Part shown: one piece after another, positions 5,622 through 17,257 of the stretch | How the letters are laid out: the number at the start of each line of letters is the position of its first letter | Position numbering within the stretch: position 1 is the stretch's first letter | Assembly: GCA_017450885.1 (NCBI GenBank) | Contig: JAFSSR010000023.1 | Coordinates: forward strand, 1-37,975 | Direction of reading: 5' to 3' | Source of the DNA: Clostridia bacterium | GTDB taxonomy: Bacteria; Bacillota; Clostridia; Oscillospirales; CAG-272 | DNA length: 37,975 nucleotides | The notes under the pieces: generated by a model | Told to the model about the DNA's origin: nothing | Database searches by the model: none | What the model saw: the letters and a program-made list of their open reading frames with translations, nothing else | Program-made: the position numbers and the translations under genes

Positions 5622-7190
5622 TCAAACTATCTCGTCTATCTCCCCGTCGTCAAGGAGCAGAAGCACAGCGCAGACCGCGGGATCGTTGAGAGGCGAGGTC
5701 CCGGCGAGGCGCTCGGACGCCAGACGCGAGGCGACGGCGGAGTACCTGCGGTAGTAGGGATCCGCCTTGACGGCGCAGCGGAGCATCAGGCAGTCGAGGG
5801 TGTCAGTCAGCTTTTGTTCCTCCTTCAGGAGAGAGACGAACATATCGCTGACAAGCGGAGCGGGATAGATATCGGAGCCGATGAACCGCGAATAGAGCAC
5901 GGGCTTGAGATCCTTTTTGATCTTGCGCGGCGTATTCGGGACGTATCCGCCTTTCGTGTAGCAGTCGAGGCAGAGATAAACGCCCTGATCGCGCGCCGTC
6001 CAGCTTCCCGCTTCACCGCAGGCGGCGCAGAAGCCGCGGCGGAAGGCGGGGCGTTTGAGATTGGCGGCTCTCCCAGCAGAATACGCGGCGGGAGATCCGT
6101 CCGGGATGAAATTGTAAGCAAAGCGCGAGCGCGCGTTTTCGGCTGTCTTTATCAGATCATCCGGTATGTCTTTGCGGCGGCGTTTGGCGAGCTTATCGGC
6201 GGCGGCAGCGAACGCCGCCGTCGCAAAGGCGGAGCCGTATTCGGGAAAGGTCCGCGCGACGGGATCCTTCTCCCACCCGCCGAAGGGCGCCATACCGTAT
6301 CGCAAGGAGTCCGCCGCTCCGCGGACGAGGTCCGCCGCCGCGCGGAGGTCGTATTCGCCCAACTGCTTCAGCGGCAGATCGAGAGCCGCGAGCGCAAAGA
6401 GCGAACGGGCGAGCGGCGAGGCGAAGACGCCTGAGCCCTGACCGTCGCCCGAAGAAAGGGCGATACACCGGCGCAGTATTTCGAGAGCGTCTCCGTATCT
6501 TTTTCGCGCCGCGTAAGCCCTTACGGCGAGGTATTGCGCAAACGGATCGGCGGGCGATCCGCCTGTTTCGGAGAATACCAACCCGTCCGGAGTCCGCAGC
6601 GAGTCCAGAGCGTCGAGCAGCGCGTCGGAAGAAGAGCTTTCCGTTCGTTCGGCGGAAAACCGTTCAAATCCGGGCTGATCGCTTACAGAGACCGCCGCCG
6701 ACGAGCGCTTCAAAAGCTCGTTCGGATCATCGCCGACGCAGAAAACGGCGTATCCCGTTCCTCCGGTAAAGGTCAACTCATCCCCGCCGCACCGGACGGC
6801 GCCGTAAAGCGAGACCGCGAGAAAGCAGCCGCGGCTTTCGATAAGCAAAACGCTGAACGGCTCGCCGCGCGACGATCCGCACACGGGAGCGTACGTCTTT
6901 GCGCCGGCGGACGGGATTATCCCGTATGTGATCTCCGGCGCGGCGCAGACGGCGCGCAGAATAACGGCGTTGAGGTCGCCGCAGCCGGTTGCCGACAGCT
7001 CGGCGAGCTTCATACCGCCCGACGAGAATTCTATCTTTCCGCGGAGAAAGGAAACGCCGTCCCCCGGGACGGAACGGGGCTCCAGAGCGCAGAACGTGAC
7101 GCCGCGCGCGGGCGAGCGCACGGCGGAGACTCCGGCTCCTTCCACGGCGCAGACTATATCCTTTCCGCCCGCTATCCTTCTTTTCACCAT
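5622..7190 (-). CDS. hypothetical 522-aa protein; central region with prenyltransferase/terpene-cyclase-like alpha/alpha-toroid repeat signatures (GG[FW]...aromatic/Ala-rich) and a C-terminal C-x2-C...C-x2-C zinc-ribbon
   Basis: Start ATG 7188-7190 overlaps the trmL stop (ATGGTGA), indicating translational coupling. Motifs present: APFGGWEKDP, ETGGSPADPFAQYLAVRAY, SGDGQGSGVFASPLARSLFALAAL, and CAACGEAGSWTARDQGVYLCLDC. There is no signal peptide. The domain calls are tentative. Confidence 0.6.
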   Translation of the reverse strand: MVKRRIAGGKDIVCAVEGAGVSAVRSPARGVTFCALEPRSVPGDGVSFLRGKIEFSSGGMKLAELSATGCGDLNAVILRAVCAAPEITYGIIPSAGAKTYAPVCGSSRGEPFSVLLIESRGCFLAVSLYGAVRCGGDELTFTGGTGYAVFCVGDDPNELLKRSSAAVSVSDQPGFERFSAERTESSSSDALLDALDSLRTPDGLVFSETGGSPADPFAQYLAVRAYAARKRYGDALEILRRCIALSSGDGQGSGVFASPLARSLFALAALDLPLKQLGEYDLRAAADLVRGAADSLRYGMAPFGGWEKDPVARTFPEYGSAFATAAFAAAADKLAKRRRKDIPDDLIKTAENARSRFAYNFIPDGSPAAYSAGRAANLKRPAFRRGFCAACGEAGSWTARDQGVYLCLDCYTKGGYVPNTPRKIKKDLKPVLYSRFIGSDIYPAPLVSDMFVSLLKEEQKLTDTLDCLMLRCAVKADPYYRRYSAVASRLASERLAGTSPLNDPAVCAVLLLLDDGEIDEIV

Positions 7191-7690
7191 AGGCCGGCTC
7201 TTTCACCGGTCAGGTGACCCGCGGTCTCGAGCCCGGCAAAGCCGCGCTGACGGAGTATCTCGTAGGTCGCGACCGCCACGGTGTTCGAGAGGTTGAGACT
7301 GCGCAGGGCGGGGCGCATCGGAAGGCGAACGCATTCGTCGGGATGGGCGGCGAGCAGGTCCTCCGGCAGGCCCTTGGTCTCTTTGCCGAAAAGGATGAAG
7401 ACCCGTTCGGGATAGGCGACGTCGGAATAGCAGTTTTTGCCCTTCGTGGTGAAGAAGTACATCTTCTCGCCGGCGTTCGCCCGCATGAATTCGCCGAGCG
7501 AGGGATAGTAGGTTATATCCAGCTCGTGCCAGTAGTCGAGGCCGGCGCGTTTGAGCTTGGCGTCGTCGATGCGAAAGCCCATCGGCTCGACCAGATGGAG
7601 CGCCGCTCCGGTCACAGCGCAGGTGCGGGCGATATTCCCGGTGTTCTGCGGGATCTCCGGCTCGACCAATACGATGTTTATATTGCTCAT
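7184..7690 (-). CDS. trmL: tRNA (cytidine/uridine-2'-O-)-methyltransferase TrmL (SpoU/TrmH family)
   Basis: MSNINIVLVEPEIPQNTGNIARTCAVTGAALHLV... is the typical TrmL N-terminus. The internal Met (ATG 7688-7690) is preferred over the ORF-track start at 7741. Length is 168 aa. Confidence 0.85.
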   Translation of the reverse strand: MSNINIVLVEPEIPQNTGNIARTCAVTGAALHLVEPMGFRIDDAKLKRAGLDYWHELDITYYPSLGEFMRANAGEKMYFFTTKGKNCYSDVAYPERVFILFGKETKGLPEDLLAAHPDECVRLPMRPALRSLNLSNTVAVATYEILRQRGFAGLETAGHLTGERAGLW

Positions 7691-7776
7691 ATTTTCTCCC
7701 CAGATCATGATGCTTTTATTATAATCAAAATCCCGCTCCATTGCAATGACGGAGACGAGATTTTTACAATTTGTGA

Positions 7777-7805
7777 TTTACTTTTTAAATAAAATATGGT
7801 ATACT
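7777..7805 (+). promoter_or_regulatory. putative secA promoter (weak -35 TTTACT, 17-nt spacer, extended -10 TGgTATACT)
   Basis: Lies in the divergent intergenic region between trmL and secA; -10 TATACT is at 7800-7805. Confidence 0.4.
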
Positions 7806-7845
7806 AATCTAAATATGTACATTTTTAAGAAAGCGAGAAATCATT

Positions 7846-10617
<2,772 letters not shown>

Positions 10618-10628
10618 AAGACCAAAAC

Positions 10629-10661
10629 GCCCCGCGGATCCTCCGCGGGGCGATCTTTTTC
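10629..10661 (+). terminator. rho-independent terminator of secA
   Basis: Stem GCCCCGCGG/CCGCGGGGC with loop ATCCT, then GATCTTTTT. Confidence 0.8.
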
Positions 10662-10835
10662 CGTGTCCCTTATACTTTGTTACTGATAAAAAAGACGGCG
10701 TAGCCGTCGCGGATCGCCGCTTCTGCGGCGTTATTTTTCGCCGCGATCGGAACTGCGCCGCTTCGTCACGCGGGCGATCCGCGCGTGATCCGGCGCAAAG
10801 CCATTTCGGCGCGGTACATCCGCGCCGAAAAAACG

Positions 10836-11309
10836 TCAAAGCTCTTTCGCCCTGTCGGACACGTTCTTGCTGAAATTGAGCAGGTAGTGCTTATACTCGG
10901 AGTTCATATACTCGGAGTGGAGCATAAAATCCGCGGTGGCGCGGTTGTTGGCTATCGGTATATCGTAGACCTGGGCTATGCGCAGCAGCGCCTTGACGTC
11001 GGGATCGTGCGGCTGGGCGGTGAGGGGGTCGGAGAAGAAGATCATCATATCTATCTTGCCTTCGACTATGCGGGAGCCGATCTGCTGATCGCCGCCGAGA
11101 GGTCCGCTGTTGAAGCCGCGTATGGGGAGTCCGGTGCGGTCGGCGATCATACGCGCGGTGGTCCCTGTCCCGAAGAGGAAGTGATGAGAGAGTATTTCGC
11201 GGTTCTCCCTGCACCAGTCGATCATTTCCGACTTTTTCGCGTCGTGGGCGATGAGAGCGATATTCTTCTGCGCGCCGATGACGCAGGGCACGTATTCATT
11301 TTCAAACAT
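10836..11309 (-). CDS. mgsA: methylglyoxal synthase
   Basis: MgsA signatures are present (IALIAHDAKKSEMIDW..., HHFLFGTGTTARMI). An RBS GGAGA lies upstream. The gene sits 24 nt downstream of the last glycosyltransferase gene. Confidence 0.85.
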   Translation of the reverse strand: MFENEYVPCVIGAQKNIALIAHDAKKSEMIDWCRENREILSHHFLFGTGTTARMIADRTGLPIRGFNSGPLGGDQQIGSRIVEGKIDMMIFFSDPLTAQPHDPDVKALLRIAQVYDIPIANNRATADFMLHSEYMNSEYKHYLLNFSKNVSDRAKEL

Positions 11310-11333
11310 GGTATTCTCCGTATATGAGGCGGT

Positions 11334-12518
11334 TCAGTATTCGAGCTTGACCGAAAACTCCTTTTCAAGCAGTTCGCCAAGCGCGTCTCTGTAGTTTTCG
11401 TACATACAGTTGTGCTTCAGATATTCGTACCCCGCCTTGCCCATACGTGGGATATCCGCGGGGTTGTCGATCAGACGCTCTATGCAGTCCGCAAGCGACG
11501 CGGGATCGTCGGTACGGAATACGAGTCCGGTCTCCCCCTCGGTGATGTAGAAGGCGGAGCCGTTTTTGTTGGTGCTGATCGGGAGGACGGCGTGCGACAT
11601 GGATTCAAGCACCGAGATGGAAGCCAGCTCGTCCTTTGAGGGCAGGATCATCACGTCGTTTTGACGGTAGACGTCCGCCATCTCGCTGTAGGGGACGCTT
11701 TTGCGGAATTCGACTGCTTCCTCGAGTCCGAGTCCGGCGACCAGCATTTTTGTCGCTTCGAGGTATTCATGCTCCTCCGGGACGACAGCCTGACCTATAA
11801 GGGTCAGCCTGACCTTGTCTATCTTGCCGCGCTCCTTGATGAGCGAAAGCGCGCGAATGAGCACCTGCTGATTTTTGTACGGGCGGTACTTTCCGACGCA
11901 GAGCAGGCGGACTTCGCCGTTCTCTCCGAGGTAGCCGCGTTCGTCGGCTCCCGGCTCCGGCGGGCAGACGTAGGGGACGAAATACTCGTGCGGCTTAACG
12001 CAGAGCTCGTCGGGGCGCTCGACCGGGTCGTAGAAATCGTGATATTTCGAGATGGTGTATCTCACCTTGGGCATCAGCGCGAAGACTATCCGCTGAAGCG
12101 GTGAGTTTTTCTTGTTCTTGTTGACGTAAAGCTCGGTCTGGTTGTAGAGGATTATCGTCTTTATCCCCTTGCGCCTGCAGATAAAGTTTGCCTTCAGGGT
12201 AGACGGGATGCGGTCGCGCAGGATGACTATATCCGGCTTGACCTCCTTGACGTACCGCCTTATAGAGCGGCAGGACGGGATGAAATTGCTTATCATCCTG
12301 CTCTCAACGGTCGGGGCGTCGAACTTTTTTTCGAGCCGCTTTTTACGGATCTTGCCGAAGAGGGAAAGCTCCATCTTGCGCGGCTCGACAAAGCTGTGAT
12401 CCTCCGAGGCGCCTACCGACTGTACGAGATAGAATACCTCGTGTCCGTGCTCGATCAGCCCGCGGGAGGTAGGGTACTGATTTGTGTGGAAGCGGGGAGC
12501 GACAAACAGAAATCTCAT
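11334..12518 (-). CDS. glycosyltransferase family 4 (GT-B, group 1)
   Basis: C-terminal GT1/GT4 core (E-x7-E region ...VLPSKDELASISVLESMSHAVLPISTN...). The 4-nt overlap (ATGA) with the upstream Wzy gene indicates operon coupling. Confidence 0.8.
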   Translation of the reverse strand: MRFLFVAPRFHTNQYPTSRGLIEHGHEVFYLVQSVGASEDHSFVEPRKMELSLFGKIRKKRLEKKFDAPTVESRMISNFIPSCRSIRRYVKEVKPDIVILRDRIPSTLKANFICRRKGIKTIILYNQTELYVNKNKKNSPLQRIVFALMPKVRYTISKYHDFYDPVERPDELCVKPHEYFVPYVCPPEPGADERGYLGENGEVRLLCVGKYRPYKNQQVLIRALSLIKERGKIDKVRLTLIGQAVVPEEHEYLEATKMLVAGLGLEEAVEFRKSVPYSEMADVYRQNDVMILPSKDELASISVLESMSHAVLPISTNKNGSAFYITEGETGLVFRTDDPASLADCIERLIDNPADIPRMGKAGYEYLKHNCMYENYRDALGELLEKEFSVKLEY

Positions 12519-13873
12519 AACTTGGGGGCTCCCATAATGATCTCGTCCTTCAACCCGTTTGCCATAAGCCGCCGCGCGTGGAAAATATACATTCCTATAA
12601 GCGCAAGGAAGATATATGAATATTTATGGTTGAGCATATTCGCGCCGAGGTCGTTCGCCAGCATCATCGCGATGATCGCAAGGAAGAGGGGGGCGTAGCG
12701 GATGTGGGCGCGCATGACCTTTACGATATATTTGATATAGTAGAGGTAGATCGAGTAGTAAAGCCCGAAGCCGATGGCGCCGAAGCTGACCAGCATCTGA
12801 ATATACGTCGTGTGCGGGGGACGGAAGCCGCCGTAGTACATATTGTAGTAATACTCGAACTGCATCGGCCCGTAGCCCTGCAGGGGCTTCTTTTTGAACA
12901 GTTCGATACCGAGCTGTACCATAAGCTGCCGGTCGGTGATGGATTTATCGGTCATGGTGACGTCGTTGTCGACCAGAGCCAGCGTCTGCAGTATGCGGTA
13001 GAAGAAGTAGTTCTGGTCGGCGAAGGTGTATATGATATACAAGGCGATGGCGACTGCGCCTAAGGCGCCGAACAGGAAGAGCAGCTTTTTGTTTCCGGCG
13101 CGGAAGAAGGCGACGATCAGCACGCCGACTACGACCATGGCAAATCCCTTGCGCGAGCCGCATCCGAGCTGAACGAAGATCGCAAGCGGCATGGCGAAGA
13201 GATAGTACCACTTCTTTTCATAGAGGATCATATACGCCATCATGGTTATCATGATGGAGCAGTAAAGTCCCATACCGTTGACCTGGTTGATCTCCTGCCC
13301 TATACGTCCGCCGGTGGCGATGCAATGGGCGATATGCGGGATGCCGTAGTAGTAGACGGTGTAGAGACACATTATCAGCGTACCGACGATTATCGCGTTG
13401 ATTATCCTGCGGACGTCAAAGAGCGACCGGATATTCAGCTTGATGATGAAATACAGGCCGACAAGCTGGATCAGCGTGTAGACAAGGTCGCTGACCCCTT
13501 CATCGTTCACGACCCACAGGCTGGTTATCGCCGCCCAGGCGAGGAAAGCGAGTATGAGGATGGAGGGTTTGTCGAACACCGAGTTTATGCGGTTGGCGAA
13601 GACGTCGAGCACGGTCATCCCGAGCATAACGATAAAGAGTATCTTGGATATATATCCGTACTCCGCCGAATACGCTATGACGTAGAGCGAGGCGATATAC
13701 AGATAGATCGAAAATATCGCCGCTTTTCTCGACCAGCTCCGGTCGGGATCTACGGTGTTGAACAATGTATGGGGAGGGGCGGTAATTCCTTTCGGGTCCC
13801 GGCCGCTGTTTATACTTCCGAGGTTGCGGGCGGGGACCGACGCTCCCTTGCTGCTGAGATTAGGGTCGTTCAT
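12515..13873 (-). CDS. O-antigen/oligosaccharide polymerase or ligase (Wzy/O-antigen-ligase family) polytopic membrane protein
   Basis: About 10-12 predicted TM helices with a large loop, AT-rich codon usage, and a position typical of Wzy within a Wzx/Wzy locus. Confidence 0.7.
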   Translation of the reverse strand: MNDPNLSSKGASVPARNLGSINSGRDPKGITAPPHTLFNTVDPDRSWSRKAAIFSIYLYIASLYVIAYSAEYGYISKILFIVMLGMTVLDVFANRINSVFDKPSILILAFLAWAAITSLWVVNDEGVSDLVYTLIQLVGLYFIIKLNIRSLFDVRRIINAIIVGTLIMCLYTVYYYGIPHIAHCIATGGRIGQEINQVNGMGLYCSIMITMMAYMILYEKKWYYLFAMPLAIFVQLGCGSRKGFAMVVVGVLIVAFFRAGNKKLLFLFGALGAVAIALYIIYTFADQNYFFYRILQTLALVDNDVTMTDKSITDRQLMVQLGIELFKKKPLQGYGPMQFEYYYNMYYGGFRPPHTTYIQMLVSFGAIGFGLYYSIYLYYIKYIVKVMRAHIRYAPLFLAIIAMMLANDLGANMLNHKYSYIFLALIGMYIFHARRLMANGLKDEIIMGAPKL

Positions 13874-13891
13874 ACGGAGTGTTCCTTTGTA

Positions 13892-14869
13892 TCACAGATT
13901 TTGCTTGTACCAGTCGATCGCCAGCTTGATGCCGTCGGCAAAGCTGTAGTCGGGATCGTAGCCGAGCAGACGGCGGGCTTTTGAGATATCGGCGTTGCTG
14001 TGCTTGATGTCCCCCCTGCGGTCGGGACCGAAGATCGGCTCCTTGCCGGGACAGCCGAGCGCGTCGCAGATACAGTTGTAAACGTCGATAAGATACTCCC
14101 GTCCGCCGTAAGCCACGTTGAACGCCTCGCCCGAAGCCTCGTCGGGAGCAAGGCAGGCGCGCAGGTTGGCCTCGATCACGTTGTCGACGTAGGTGAAATC
14201 GCGGCTCTGTCTGCCGTCGCCGTTGATGGTCGGCGTTTCGCCGTTCATCAGCATTTTTATGAACTTCGGGATGACCGCGGCGTACGCTCCGTCGGGATCC
14301 TGTCTGCGTCCGAAAACGTTGAAGTAGCGCAGCCCGACGGTGCGGAGGCCGTAGAGCTTGGTATATAACTTCGCGTATTCCTCGTTGACTCGCTTGGTCA
14401 GCGCGTACGGGGAGAGCAGATTGCCCTCGACCCCCTCCTGCTTCGGCAGGCGGGCCTCGTCTCCGTACACCGACGAGCTGGACGCGTAGACGAAGGTCTT
14501 TACTCCCGCCTCGCGGGAAGCCTCCAGCATATTGAGCGTGCCCATTATATTGTTGCGCTCGTAGAAAAGCGGCATCTCTATGCTGCGCGGGACGCTGCCC
14601 CACGCCGCCTCGTTGAGAACGTAGTCGACCCCGTCCGCCGCGCGGCGGCAGGTGTCGAGGTCCTTGATGTCCCCCTCGATAAAGGCGTAGCGTTCGTTGC
14701 CGTCGAAAAGATCGACGTTTTTACGCTTGCCGGTGGAAAGGTCGTCGAGACAGCGCACCCGGCATCCTTTGCCGAGTATCGCCTCGCAGAGGTTGGAGCC
14801 TATGAACCCCGCGCCTCCGGTCACCAGAAATACGGTTTCCTCGGGAAACTGCAGCTCTTTAAATCCCAT
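13892..14869 (-). CDS. NAD-dependent nucleotide-sugar 4-epimerase (WbpP/TviC/CapD-like extended SDR)
   Basis: TGGAGFIGSNL Rossmann motif with ...LDDLSTG..., and a YxxxK catalytic region (SPYALTK). Confidence 0.8.
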   Translation of the reverse strand: MGFKELQFPEETVFLVTGGAGFIGSNLCEAILGKGCRVRCLDDLSTGKRKNVDLFDGNERYAFIEGDIKDLDTCRRAADGVDYVLNEAAWGSVPRSIEMPLFYERNNIMGTLNMLEASREAGVKTFVYASSSSVYGDEARLPKQEGVEGNLLSPYALTKRVNEEYAKLYTKLYGLRTVGLRYFNVFGRRQDPDGAYAAVIPKFIKMLMNGETPTINGDGRQSRDFTYVDNVIEANLRACLAPDEASGEAFNVAYGGREYLIDVYNCICDALGCPGKEPIFGPDRRGDIKHSNADISKARRLLGYDPDYSFADGIKLAIDWYKQNL

Positions 14870-14882
14870 GATGTTCTCCTGT

Positions 14883-17222
14883 TTATTTGAACGCTTTGCG
14901 AATTTTGACTTTGATATTGTAAGGAAGGGTGCGCATCTTGTTCCATCGCGCCGCTTTCTTGAAGCCCCTGTCGCCGAGAATGAGGAAGAATTTGTCCCTC
15001 GGAGGGGGCAGGGAAACGGAGCTTTTCAGTTTCTTGTGTGTGGCGAGCGCGTGAGCGAGGTCGCTTTCGACGATCTCGGCGTCTTTTGCCGCCGACTCGA
15101 GAAGGCGCTCGCCCTTCTCCGTGTTGCAGATAAGAAGAGATACGCCGCGGTCGTCGTTGAAGACGTCCGTGAGCGTTTCGATCCCCCAGTAGTCGCCCGC
15201 CGTGAGATCGGAGCTCCCCCTGAATTGACGGAATACGCAATTATAACAGCTCGTGCGCAGGTAGTCGAAATACTTGAAATACTCACATTCCGCGCGGGTC
15301 AGGACAAGCTCCTTCCCGTTCTCAAAGATCACGCGGACGTTGCTTTTGTGCCAGCCGTGCGCCTTGTCCCGGAACTTGAGATCGACTACGCGGCTGCCGT
15401 TTTTTTCTTCGAGCTTTTTGATATATCCTTCAAACACAGCGGGACTCTGTACGCCGTGACATACGAGGTCGAGGGTGTATAGGAGGTCGTCGTATCTGGA
15501 GCCGAAATACGCCTTGACCGCGGCGATCTGGCAGGGGGTCCCGGTGGCGAGGACGGGACGTCCCGCCTCAAGCTCCGCGGCGAGCTCCGCGAAAATTCCG
15601 CCGGTCTTCGCCTGGACGTACTTTGAGCCACGCACGCGGGCAAACTCCTCCTCCGAGCGGATGATACGGTGTACCGGGCGCATTTTTTCGTCGTATACCA
15701 CCCCGGAAACAACCCCGCCCCGCTCGAAAAATCCGCGGGCGATAAGTCCCACGGCTCCTCCCGACGAGGATGCGAGCCGCTTTTCCAGGTCCTTATCGGC
15801 TATGGCGACGACCCGGGAGGGGACGCGGCTTTCTTTTTCGGCGTTGACCGGGCAGATAAGACTGCACATTCCGCATCTTGTGCATTTGGAACGGTCGATC
15901 GCGGGATAGTCGAAGCCGTTTTTCCTTATAAACGAGATCGCCCCGGTCGGGCATTTTGCGGCGCACACGCCGCATCCGGCGCAGCCGGAGCCCGGCACGA
16001 ACTCGACGGTGTACCGGCGGTCGGTTTTCGGAGCGACGTCGTCTTTTACGCCGCCCGGCGCTCCGATGGCGCTGAAAAAGCTCTCCGCTGTAAGGACCAG
16101 CTTCTTTCTGTTGGCGTCGATGACTCCGCGCACCGCTCTGTCGGCGATAAGCTCGTCCGCTTTTGCGACGACCTTTTCCCAGCCGTCGGCTATCGCCTCA
16201 CGCCTGCGGAAAAAGCAGTCTTTAAATCCGATGCTCTCCAGCGCGTCCTCCAGCTTGCCTTTGTACTGTGAGCCGAAATCGGAGTGATCTATCGAAATGA
16301 CCGGGGTCGAATTGCGTATCGAGAGCAGAGTGCCGTGAAAGAAGTTGGTCAGAGTCAGGTCGCACAGCCCGAATACAAGCGACCATTCGAGCGGATCGAG
16401 ATCGTAGAGGAAGGCGTCCTCCGCGCCCGTCGCGCTGAAGACCGCGATCACCCGATGCGTGGCGCGGTATCTTTGCCTGATCTTTTTGATAAGCGCGCGG
16501 TCGGTCCCCATCACGCAGATAAGGCGTTTGTCCTCCGGTATGCCGCACCGTTTGTATATCCGGCGGCGGAAGCTCTCTTTGGTCTCCCCGAGCAGGGAAT
16601 AGACGTATTCGAGATCGAGGTAGGCGGTGGGATCGCAGTTGAAATTCACTTCTGCGCCGGGGAAGCACTCCTTGACCAGATTTGCCGTGTATCCGTCTCT
16701 CACACCTATATATTCATATCCCGCGAGCCATTTGCCGAAGGCGGCCCTTTTCTCGTCGGTGAGGTATTTCATGCCCATCCCGAAGGCGGACGCCGCGCAG
16801 CTCACACGGCGGGGGCCGTCTTCAAATCCGAGCAGGTAGGGATTGGGAAATCCGCGCTTTATCCAGTTCCATACGGCGTCCGAGCCGGTGACGACAAGGT
16901 CGTAGCGGCTTTTGATATACTCGAAGACCCTTTCGCAGCCGTCGTCGATGATCTGCTCCGGAGAGAGGGGCAGGTATTTCAGCGCACGTCTGAACGCCTT
17001 CTTCCGCGCGATCTTCTGCGGGACCTCCAGCGGATGGCCGAGCGTGTGTCTGTTCAGTTTTAATTTTACTTTGTAGTTTTTCTCCATTATCTCGCTGTTG
17101 TAGTCGACTACTTCAACGAGGGCGTCGGGGAGGCGGCGCTGTATCTCGTGCGAGAGGGCGAGACACTGCATATACGCGCCGTAGTTTATACTGCGGTGGA
17201 AGGTGAGTATACCGATCTTCAT
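14883..17222 (-). CDS. fusion protein: polysaccharide pyruvyltransferase (N) - 2x[4Fe-4S] ferredoxin (middle) - coenzyme F420 hydrogenase/dehydrogenase beta-subunit-like FrhB domain (C)
   Basis: N-terminus MKIGILTFHRSINYGAYMQCLAL is typical of PS_pyruv_trans. Cysteine motifs C-x2-C-x2-C-x3-CP occur twice (CAGCGVCAAKCP, CTRCGMCSLICP). The FrhB-like region carries SSSGGAVGL...GTPCQ. Confidence 0.8.
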   Translation of the reverse strand: MKIGILTFHRSINYGAYMQCLALSHEIQRRLPDALVEVVDYNSEIMEKNYKVKLKLNRHTLGHPLEVPQKIARKKAFRRALKYLPLSPEQIIDDGCERVFEYIKSRYDLVVTGSDAVWNWIKRGFPNPYLLGFEDGPRRVSCAASAFGMGMKYLTDEKRAAFGKWLAGYEYIGVRDGYTANLVKECFPGAEVNFNCDPTAYLDLEYVYSLLGETKESFRRRIYKRCGIPEDKRLICVMGTDRALIKKIRQRYRATHRVIAVFSATGAEDAFLYDLDPLEWSLVFGLCDLTLTNFFHGTLLSIRNSTPVISIDHSDFGSQYKGKLEDALESIGFKDCFFRRREAIADGWEKVVAKADELIADRAVRGVIDANRKKLVLTAESFFSAIGAPGGVKDDVAPKTDRRYTVEFVPGSGCAGCGVCAAKCPTGAISFIRKNGFDYPAIDRSKCTRCGMCSLICPVNAEKESRVPSRVVAIADKDLEKRLASSSGGAVGLIARGFFERGGVVSGVVYDEKMRPVHRIIRSEEEFARVRGSKYVQAKTGGIFAELAAELEAGRPVLATGTPCQIAAVKAYFGSRYDDLLYTLDLVCHGVQSPAVFEGYIKKLEEKNGSRVVDLKFRDKAHGWHKSNVRVIFENGKELVLTRAECEYFKYFDYLRTSCYNCVFRQFRGSSDLTAGDYWGIETLTDVFNDDRGVSLLICNTEKGERLLESAAKDAEIVESDLAHALATHKKLKSSVSLPPPRDKFFLILGDRGFKKAARWNKMRTLPYNIKVKIRKAFK

Positions 17223-17257
17223 ACGGTCCCGTCCTTTCTCGGATAGATTTTTGCTTT

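Noticed and set aside
4806-5689. Small ORFs (62-109 aa) within the repeat cluster
   Set aside because: They overlap one another in several frames. They are Pro/Arg/Gly-rich translations of GC-rich palindromic repeats, and none has an RBS. The region is better explained as non-coding repeat modules.
10780-10835. Rho-independent terminator for mgsA (hairpin TTCGGCGCGG-TACATC-CGCGCCGAA)
   Set aside because: On the mgsA (minus) strand the hairpin is not followed by a U-run, and on the plus strand it is followed by A's. The orientation is ambiguous, so it is not called.
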